Shown: piece after piece, positions 54,095 to 64,000 of the stretch
Position numbering within the stretch: the stretch's first letter is position 1
Layout of the letters: every line of letters begins with the position of its first letter
Source: Veleropilina oligotropha
Lineage: Eukaryota
DNA length: 64,000 bases
Reading direction: 5' to 3'
Assembly: GCA_048128005.1 (NCBI GenBank)
Contig: JBEUKZ010000080.1
Location: 1-64,000, forward strand
The notes under the pieces: model-generated
The model's database searches: none
The model's input: the letters and a program-made list of their open reading frames with translations, nothing else
Told to the model about the DNA's origin: nothing
Program-made: the position numbers and the translations under genes

Positions 54095-56330
54095 ATGACG
54101 TGGCCAAGCACGCTTTCTATGATGACTTACTCAGTGAAGTCTTGAAGGTTAGCGATCAGGGTATTCTCATCCTTTGTGGTGATTGGAATGGACATGTTTT
54201 GAACATTTCAGCAGGCTGTCATGGAGTCCATGGTGGTCACGGTTATGGCATTCGTAATCATGAAAGTGAGACAAACCTTGATTTCGCTGTGGCTCATTAT
54301 CTATTTGGTAACACGTTCTTCAAGAAGAAAGATGTACACTTATCACATACCAATCCGGTACTAACAGGACACAGATTGATTACATCCGGTTAAGAAACAG
54401 CAATTTTAAGCTCGTCAAGAGTATCAAGGTGATCCCTGGTAATATAATGTGGTTTTCAACATAGGGTCCTGATATGCGCCTTGCGGCTGGTGTACAAAGA
54501 TCCTTGCCATCCATAGTTTGTCCCCAAACAGAAGATTTGGAAACTGAAGGATCGTGAACACTATTATCTGAAACAACAGCTTAAATAGCGTGAATGATTA
54601 TAATGGTTGGATGTCATTTGATGATGAGTCGAAGAAGGCATCCTGGAAGCAACACTATGAGCGTCTCCTGAGTGTTGAATGTGAATGGAGCCGTGAAGAT
54701 ATCTCTGTGACATAATCTGTGCTTTGTCCTCCTATGCATTTTATTACAGAGATGGTTGCTACAGCAATTTAAGTAACATGAAGTCTGGAAAGTTGCTGGC
54801 CCCTCGGGTACTGTCGTCGTGATTTTGAAAGAACCTAGTGAGAGTTGCATTAACCTTGTGACCGAGTTAGTGAATGATATAATTTGCAGCAGCAAGGTAT
54901 TGGCTTTTTGGGACTAAAGTTATGTGTTAAATATTTACAAGGATAAAGGCGATGATCTAGAAAGGGGAAATTCTCGCGGTTTTAAGTTGCTAGATCACGT
55001 GATGAAGGCTCTGTACGATGATCTAGAAAGGGGAAATTGTCGCGGTTTTAAGTTGCTAGATCACGTGATGAAGGCTCTGTAACAGATCTTAGAGAAGCTG
55101 TTACGTGATGTGATCTGTCTCGATGAGATGAAATTTGATTTTATGCCTGGTAGTGAGACAACATATGCTATCTTCATCTTGCGTCAGATGCAAGAAAAAC
55201 ACCTTGCCAAGAAAGAGAACCTTCACCTCGCTTTGTTGACCTGGAGAAGGCATTCGACAGGGTTAGCTAGGTGAAACGGAGTGGATTGTAAATGTGATGA
55301 AGTCAATTTACAGGAATGCAATAAGCAGAGTATCTGTTGGTGTATCGTACAGTGATTCACTTAATGTGCAGGTAGGCACCAACAGGGATCTGTCCCTAGC
55401 CTCCTGTTGTTCATTATAGTTCTGGAGGCATTGTCTGAAGAATTCCGTACAAGTTCCCCCTGGGAACGGCTTTATACTGACGATCTTGTCATTATAGCTA
55501 CATCGCTGGATGATTGACCATCAAACTGCTAGCTTGAGGAAAACATGAAAGCAAAAGGAATGAGAGTGCCTATGGGAAAGACGAAGAGCATGCGCAGTGG
55601 ACTTGAAATGAACAATCTGAAAGATTCAGGAAAGTTTTCGTGCGGAGTCTGCATGGGAGGTTTTGGCAGCGACACTGTATTCTGTTATGGTTGCCAACAC
55701 TGGATACACCAGTGGTGCAGTAACATTGGTGATAGGTTAAAGGAAGATGATCAGTTAAGATACAATAGATGCAGAGGTACAGCTCGACCACTCCAAGGTT
55801 TCTCCCTTGAGTATCGTGAGGTGGGTGAGTGATGAAGATCTTGAGATGGTGGACACGTTCTGCTACCTAGATGACACACATTTGTGCAGGACCTCCTCGT
55901 GAATCCAACAATAAGGTGCGGCCAAGATGCGCATGGGGAAAGTCCAGGATGCTACTACCAATCTTGATGTGTCGTTCCCTTTGCCTTCTCACCCGAGGGA
56001 AAGTTTTTAGTACTTGTGAACGCAGTGTTATGATGTATGCTAGTGAGTGTTGTCCCCTGAAGAAGTGTGGAATTAAGATTACTGCTCAGCACTCCATTGT
56101 TGTATCGACACATCGGAATTTGCACACTTGATGTTGCCTTACGTCATAATTGCCTAAGATGGTTTTGACACGTCCAGAGAAGCAGTGACTGGATCACTAA
56201 GTGTACAAACTCATTGTGTAAGGCAAATCTGGAAGGGTAGACCACGAAAAACATGATATACGGGAGTGCAATTTAACTGAAGAACTTGCCTATGATCAAT
56301 GTGATGCGTGTGGTGAACGAAAACGCGATC
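54095..56330 (+). pseudogene. Heavily decayed RTE-clade LINE
   Basis: GDWNGHV..GGHGYGIRN..LDFA..GNTFFKK, DLEKAFD, YTDD and the C-terminal CGVC..VFC..C.HWIH..C segment, with many stops and frameshifts. Contains a ~65-bp tandem duplication at ~54950-55081. Confidence 0.8.
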
Positions 56331-58060
56331 AGTATGTAACCCAGCCAAATATGCAAATATGAACCATTTACCAGCTGTAAGAACTGTGGAATATTCAGGC
56401 ATAGGCCCCACGACACGTGCCTACACCCAATTTCATGGAAATTTTAAAATATGTTATACATATTAACTTATAATATGCTTTGTTTAATGTTGTGGTCTAA
56501 ATATGATACAAAAAATGTATTTGTACTCTCAGAATGCATGGCATTGGGTTTCATATCGTTAATTATCAAAATATTCCTCCACGTGGGGGTCGAAAATATA
56601 TATATTTTGCCTATGACCCTGCATATTAAATATTGACCCTTTAATCGACATATATCCAATTACAAATTAAAGCTGCAAGCAGCTGTACAGGGCTTCAAGC
56701 TAAGCTAAAAAGTTAAAGTTGCTGTGTGCCATCCAAAGTGTATGCAATATATCAATGTCAAAATTTGAAATTTAACTCTGTCATAGACTAATCATTGACT
56801 AACACTCATGATAATTATTCATCTAAGATATACTGTTTGCCTTTACAATATATAGCCGTTCTGTGAAATAATATGGAAAAACACTTCATCGGAAGCATTT
56901 TTTAAAGCGTAGGGGTATGTGAAAGTTAATCAGTGTCTTGGTTGGTTGGTTGGCAACATTGTTTTTTACAACCACTTTTGGTAATTTTGCAGCTAAATCG
57001 AAGTCTGGACACCCGGTTTAATTAAGGTCACCGTCTGATCCGACCTACATACATTTGGGATAAGCCTCCTAATATTTTAAGCGTTATAACAACTTGACTC
57101 AGAAAACTGTGAAAATCGATAGGCGTCGTGTCCTTATCATACCAAACGTGTATAACAAATTTGAATCAAATCAGATTAGAATTGTTCAATATAGAGCACA
57201 CACAAGAAATCTCTTCAAACAAAATGGCTGCCATCTTGAACTCATAATCAACAAAATTAGTTAGGCGGCGTTCATCATAAGTATTAACTAATGTGCATAG
57301 CTAATTTGAACCAAATGAAGTATAACTTTTCACTGTACACAAGAAATCTCTTCAAAACATAATGGCCACCAGAGCAGCCATCGTGAAAATGAAAAAGGTG
57401 AAAATCGATAGGGGTCATGGCCTCTCATCATACCAAACATGTATATCAAATCTAACTAGTCATCATGTCCTCACCCAAACCAATGCACATTCCCAATTTG
57501 AAAACATTCCGTTAAGAAATGGGCCAGTTATGGTAAATTTAAATTGTTTCGAAAATTTAAATTTAAATTATTTTCGAAGATTTAATTTTTTGCGAAAATG
57601 TAAATAATTTAAATTTTTTCGAAAATTTAATTTATTTTCGAAAATTGAAAATTTCGAAAAATGTTGAAGTCTAGCGAAGTTTGAACCGTCTAGTCAAAGC
57701 AGAATAAGAGCCATTTTTTTCGAAAATTAAATTTCTTCGAAAATTTAAAAAAATTAATTATTTTTCGAAAATTTACATTTTCGAAAAAGGTTGAACAGTC
57801 TAACGAAGCTTGTTCAACCTCTGTGTAACACGGATCAGTCTTTCAAGAGACACAATGTAAATACATAAAATTTAACTTGGCCTTGACCTAATCATGGAAT
57901 GTGGCAGGCCCAATTGCTGGAGAGATATTATATTTGGCAAGCTTCACATTGTATAACAAGAACGACGCGTTCGAATTATGTCTTGACCTTTGTCTGCTTG
58001 GACCGTCTGTTGTATATTAGTGTACGCTAAAGGTTCTTATACAATCTAACATATTCATAC

Positions 58061-58282
58061 TAGTCAGGGCCCTTAGGGATATTTTGGTTCAAATTCTTCC
58101 AAAAGCACCAAATTTGGCCCAGATATTGCCCATGCCACACTCTTTCGATTTTTGACGGGCGCCCGCCTTGGCGCCCGTCAAAAATCGAAAGAGTATGGCA
58201 TGGGCAACATCTGGGCAAAATTTGGTGCTTTTGGAAGAATTTGAACCAAATGGCCACAAAATATCCCTAATGGCCCTGACTA
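58061..58282. mobile_element. Fold-back MITE, TAG...CTA ends with a TAC duplication (Academ-like)
   Basis: ~100-bp near-perfect inverted arms around a 6-nt loop (CGCCTT), with TAC on both sides. Confidence 0.7.
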
Positions 58283-58901
58283 TACGATGTATTTACTTCC
58301 AACTCATGATTTTCTGACAGATGACAATTTAATTATATGTCTTCAATAATTATGACGTCATAATTTAGTCACACTAAAATGACGTCATAGACGTCATAAC
58401 TTGGCTTAGGCCAAGTTACCATGGCAATTATGCATAAAAATGCCTATAAAAACGATATTTTAAGAAATTTTGTAATGAAAGTTATATACACGACCTACAA
58501 ATTACCTTGGGAATGCGTATGACAATTTTCAGGTTAATTGGTTCAGTAGTTTTCGAGAAAATCAGCGGATATATATATATATATAAGTATATAAGTATAT
58601 AAGTATATAAGTATATAAGTATATATGTATATACACACGGACCATTTGATAATGTCTTGTCCTTTTTTGTCAAAAAGGTCAAGACATAAAAATACTATCA
58701 AGATGTGAAACGACCGCCCGAAGGTATGTTATGATGTGGCGCGATTCCTATTATGCCTTTATGTCTGTCATTAGCGCCAAGTGAACGTTATATCATGCAA
58801 AGCGTCGGAAAAACGTTATGTGGGACGGTAGAATGTGGGTTCCAGCCCGCTTCGGCCTGGCTTATTCTAAGATTTAAAATGAATAGATGGCGTATCCTTA
58901 A

Positions 58902-59826
58902 AGATGCAGGATCTACTTCAGATCGCTAAAACGTATTTAAATGCTGTTCTCTCTTACACTTTCTGCATTGATTTATTGCATATAGTTAGGACCTTTCAGA
59001 GACACACGGCAAATTTTTTTTTCACTTAGTAATAAATATTTGAACTTTTTTTATTGAATTATGAACTCGGGCTCATAATTCGAACCGATTGTACACCAGA
59101 TTTATACGGAAATGAACGACGGCTCAACACGTCACTTAGCTCCGCCCTAAATCACTCTCGCGATCTACCGGGTCATTTGAAGGTCGACCTTGTCTGAGTT
59201 TGTTTATATCGGTTTCCATGGCGGATGTCGACACGAGAAAGAGAGGCAGGCCGCCGTTATCGACTGTGAAATGGATGTACGCGAAAAACTTGAAATAATA
59301 AATATCGCTATAAATGAAAATTGGATGCGGCTACTTCAACTTGTAAACAAACAGTGAAGCACTTGAAACAGTGAACGCCCACGTCATTACCATGTCGCGG
59401 TGCGCAATAGGCCTAATTAGTTTGTGAAATAAATATGGTTATTATGTTAGTATTGCTGCCATATACTACAATTATGAGAAAGTAGCTATATGTTTCAAAG
59501 CAATACATCAATTTCAGCGAACCGATAAACACTGACCTCCATTTTGCTTGCTGTGTGATGTCAATCATAGACGTAATCATATTTAGGTCTATGTGTCGAT
59601 CAAATCGACGGGACCACGTGACGTTTGACCCAAAAACGATCGGGTGTGTCCGTCCCCGATAAATGAGATAAGATGGCTCCGGAGGATTGACGCGCTGATT
59701 AAAATACCACGTCGGCTGAAGCGATTATTAAATGCTAGCAACACCTTTTGTTGCATTTTAACTTTTCCTTCAGTCCTAAAAACATGTCATGTATGGATAC
59801 CATATCGTATTTATAGTTCAGCATCT
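58902..59826 (+). mobile_element. Kolobok-like MITE (TTAA target, AG...CT ends), copy A
   Basis: TTAA-AGATGCAGGATCTA ... TAGTTCAGCATCT-TTAA. Confidence 0.8.
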
Positions 59827-61445
59827 TTAATGTATGTCGGTCAGATCGGAGTGAGACCTTAAACCGGGTGTCCCGACCACGTTAAGGCTGAAAAATTGCC
59901 AAAGATGTCTTAAACAAAGTTCTCACCTGAACTATATCAGGCAACATACATGGCAGACGTATTATGCAATTAATACAAGAAAGTTTCACCAGTCACTTGC
60001 ATTTCTTACATATCTTGTTTACGGTAAAGGCAGCAACACGGTGTCCACGTTACCAAATCCGCAATGAATATGATTTTTCTGCTCACCAAATCTCTAATGA
60101 TCATTGGTGTATATATATTTCTTTCGTAATTGACTTATTGTAGAAGCAAAGTTTCCTGATAACGACTGCAGTTTATATTCAAAATGTTAAAATAGAATAT
60201 ATTTAAACAATCAATAATGATTTACATTGTTTTGTGTGGTATTTATTTATGTGATTTACAGTTATTTGTGCGTAGTCAATGAACTCAGTGAGAGTCGGTC
60301 ATATGAAGCTTTTGAATCGTGGATTTCATTTAGGCCTTGTATATAATATATTGCCAACGAATCCATATAACTGAAAATGACAAAATGTTTCCATTTTATT
60401 TTGTCAACGACGTTAGTCTGCGGTTGAATGATTAATTAGAATATATGACTTAATGTCTAGCGTATTTGGAGCAAATAAAGAATTTATGATAGCCTGAATA
60501 TTTGAAAATATACCCATCTACCAGGTGCTGTAAAATTGCAACATGACAACACAGGTTGCATTGCCTACAATATCTCCTCTGTCAAAGGGTCTGTTTGTGT
60601 ATTTTATAATAAGTTTTTGTCACGTGTAATGACGATGGACAGCATGTATTCCTTTGGCCAAGGTAAAATTCATTATTTGGACAATGAGACTATTTAAAGC
60701 AATAATTTATAATCTGGGTTGGCTATTTATTTGTGACAAACAACGGTAAATCACCAGGTACAACTAAGTTGGTCACATTATGTGTCAAGTCGCTAGCACG
60801 GGTGTGAATTGTTCGTTGTTTACCGATATTATCTAATCGAATTGGAAGTTTAGAATCAGAATTGGTATGATCTCATATAAGGAATTTGACAATGGGCATA
60901 TGCGTACTGCACATCACATTAACACGATGCTATAATAATTATTGTATTTATGGGAGCTCAAATTTGTCAATGTTCTTGGAAAGTTGTAAACAATACTGAT
61001 TGATTATGATCATTTTTGCTCTAAGCCTAGGCCTATTTGAGAGTTCATTACCCATGTTTCCGCATCTATTTCTTACAAAAAATATGAATGGCAAGATTAT
61101 GATATGCAGGCAATGGTATTTTATAGTATCCTAGTATTTTGTAATTTGAAATCCGACTATATAAATGAAAGTTAGAAGTATAGGCCAATACGGATACTGC
61201 ATCCTCACTTTAGTATACCAACCTAAATGTCCATGTCCATATCTGCAGACATGAAAGAATACACGTGTATTTTCATCAAAGGTTGCAGAAAATAACATCA
61301 AAATACTTGGATATTTAGTAAATCATTGCTCTTGCCATTTTCAATTATTTGTTTTCCATGTTTGCAAACGCAGTAGTTTACATGCGTATCCAGGTCCGTC
61401 CTGAAATGCGGCTCGCATGATAATAATCGCCAAGTGGTTATCTTA

Positions 61446-61657
61446 GTTTAAATATTGGAAAACAGGAATTCAATGCCACAAGCGAAAAGTGACAGAACAT
61501 AAACACAAATGGACGATGATATTCTATTTAAACATTTTTTGTATTTCCTGCAACCTAGACTAAAAAATGTTTAAATAGAATATCATCGTCCATTTGTGTT
61601 TATGTCTCTGTCACTTTTCGCTTGTGGCATTGAATTCCTGTTTTCCAATATTTAAAC
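61446..61657. repeat. Long near-perfect palindrome (~95-bp arms, ~22-nt loop)
   Basis: GTTTAAATATTGGAAAACAGGAATTC...AAACATTTTT and its reverse complement. Confidence 0.9.
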
Positions 61658-61741
61658 ATTATTCATGTGGAGGGATAACTTGATATGGTTATATCTTTTA
61701 ACTTATATCACCAAGCCTTAGCATAGAAAGCACTCTATTAA

Positions 61742-62671
61742 AGATGCTGAATCTACATTCGTATGATATTTCGTAAAAAAGAAAACTATAAATACGATAT
61801 GGTATCCAAACATGACATGTTTTTAGGACGAAGGAAAAGTTAAAATGCAACAAAAGGTGTTGCTAGCATTTAATAATCGCTTCAGCCGACGTGGTATTTT
61901 AATCAGCGCGTCAATCCTCCGAAGCTATCTTATCTTATTTATCGGGGACGGACACATCCGATCGTTATTGGGTCAAACGTCACGTGGTCCCGTCGATTTG
62001 ATTGACACATAGACCTAAATATGATTACGTCAATGATTGACATCACACAGCAAGCAGAATGGAGGTCAGTGTTTATCGGTTCGCTGAAATTGATGTATTG
62101 CTTTGAAACATATAGCTACTTTCACATAATTGTAGTATATGGCAGCAATACTAACATAATAACCATATTTATTTCACCAATTAATTAGGCCTATTGCGCA
62201 CCGCGACATTGTTATGACATGGGCATTCACTGTTTGTTTACAAGTTGAAGTAGCCGCATCCAATTTTCATTTATAGCGTTATTTATTATTTCAAGTTTTT
62301 CGCGTACATCCATTTCACAGTCGATAACGGCGGCCTGCCTCTCTTTCTCGTGTCGACATCCGCCATGGAAACCGATATAAACAAACCCAGACAAGGTCGA
62401 CCTTGAAATGACCCGGTAGATCGCGAGAGTGATTTAGGGCGGAGCTAAGTGACGTGTTGAGCCGTCGTTCATTTCCGTATAAATCTGGTGTACAATCGGC
62501 TCGAATTATGAGCGCGCAAAAATTCAAATATTTATTACTAAGTGAAAAACAATTTTGCGGTGTGTGGTAATCTCTGAAACGTCCTAACTATATGCAATAA
62601 ATCAATGCAGAAAGTGTAAGAGAGAACAGCATTTAAATACATTTTAGCGACCTGAAGTAGATCCTGCATCT
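61742..62671 (-). mobile_element. Kolobok-like MITE, copy B, inverted relative to copy A
   Basis: TTAA-AGATGCTGAATCTAC ... GTAGATCCTGCATCT-TTAA; reverse complement of 58902-59826 along its length. Confidence 0.8.
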
Positions 62672-63234
62672 TTAAATCACGAATTGTCAAAACAGATTTG
62701 TTATATATACATTGGGTGCGTCTTTTTACTCAAATATACTCAAATAATCGTATATCCAATCAAATAAAATGATATACGTGTACTAAAAAGACGTAAGAAT
62801 ATCAAGTTAACCCCTTACATTAATAATATTTAACAGTTGTACTAGAACTTCGAAATAATAAAATATTTGACAACATAGATCCAACGCAACAAGGGAATAG
62901 AAGAGCGACATATTCTCAAACGCATAAATGGATGAAGACGATGATGATATATAATTCTACGACTAACTTTGCATTTACTAAATACTATGATATTATGGAG
63001 TGCACACGCGCTTCTAACACAATCATGCCATCAGTATTTCTAGTCACAAAAGGGTTCATGCACACGACGTCGAATTTTGAACAAGGTGCCACTCTGCTGG
63101 TCAATTTTCTTTCGACGTCGTGTGCATTTTGAAGTTTAGGGGATTACCCATGACAATGGCGTAATTAAATGGTTACGGCTCTATGGATTCAACTAAGTGA
63201 AAACTGGAGACATATACTGTAGGGTAATTTATTT

Positions 63235-63900
63235 AATGTTTGTAGTGTTCGATATTTTCGTTTCTTCGTCGCTTCTGACCGGCAGCATACTGTATCATTT
63301 GCTTCTCGGTTGATGTCTGTATGATTCGAAGTAGATGAACAATCTAAAATATATTGGGGTGCGCTTTCCGAATAAATTTATTTATACGGTTGTGTTGTGG
63401 TATCCCTCTAAATGATTGTTGGTTCGTGGGCCTGTCGTCTCGTAGTGGTTCCACTGGGTAGTGGCGATAGTCTTCAATATTGCCTTCGAGTCACTGGTGG
63501 GTCATACAATCTGTTAATGCGTCACATCTTTCGTCTTTTGGCAACATAGCGTGGGTCTCCAACCATAAGTTCATAACCTGAAATGTATATATGTATACAG
63601 TTCATCAAACTAACCACACATGTTATGTGTTATGTGCACTTTACAAAGAAAAGATATTTATTCAATATAATTGATTATTGTAAATGTCAAATAAATCGAT
63701 GACAATTCTTACCTGATCCACTGGCACTAGAGGCAAGACAGAACATCTTCGGACAAAACTGGTGAACACTTCGTTCTGGTTATATTCCACCTGAAGATGG
63801 TTTTGCTGGGCTCGCCTCCACACACACGGGGTGGGCTTTGCGGGGTCTGTACAATGTCTCCTTCTTCACTCTTCAGAGGAAGCTCCTCGCAACTTGTTGA
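63235..63900 (-). pseudogene. MULE (Mutator-like) transposase pseudogene fragment with a spliceosomal intron (63578-63712)
   Basis: Manual translation gives CVWRRAQQNHLQVEYNQNEVFTSFVRRCSVLPLVPVDQ/VMNLWLE...WNHYETTGPRTNNHLEGYHN...KAHPNIF, with a GTAAG...TTTCAG phase-0 intron, stops and frameshifts. Confidence 0.8.
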
Positions 63901-64000
63901 CCTCTTCTTGAAAGAGTGACGAATTAGGATTCAATGACGATTTTGCTTTAACACCGAGGTCGTGAATCGCTAATGTATCTTATCTTCTTTCTTTTTATTT

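Noticed and set aside
63520..63800. Terminal exons of a host gene (YELMVGDPRYVAKRRKM frame)
   Set aside because: The alternative frame across the same intron gives clear MULE transposase motifs, and the host-like frame has an upstream stop.

Overview
AT-rich, repeat-dense animal genomic DNA, probably from a marine invertebrate (inferred from the TTAGGG-type repeats and the TE families present). No intact host gene is visible. The main feature is a GC-rich, apparently full-length ~16.1 kb endogenous Polinton-like/adintovirus-like DNA virus (11546-27658) with ~400 bp terminal inverted repeats. It encodes an rve integrase, an A32/FtsK-type packaging ATPase, major and minor capsid proteins, about seven membrane-type proteins and a secreted Cys-rich cargo protein. 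It has no conventional pPolB gene and no recognisable adenain protease. Instead there is one 1.28 kaa replication polyprotein, read here as HeH/Rho-N-like, OTU-like protease, exonuclease-less divergent PolB palm, SF1 (RecD/Pif1-like) helicase and HNH-like nuclease. A second, diverged and damaged copy (30382-38949) lies 2.7 kb downstream in the same orientation and is cut inside its ATPase gene by a 5'-truncated LINE. The rest of the window is nested TE debris: CR1/L2/RTE LINEs, Helitron/Helentron derivatives with internal satellites, Harbinger-, Kolobok-, Academ- and Ginger-like non-autonomous elements, tRNA-derived SINE heads, hairpins and an intron-containing MULE transposase pseudogene. All protein and family calls come from reading motifs by eye; no database search was run.
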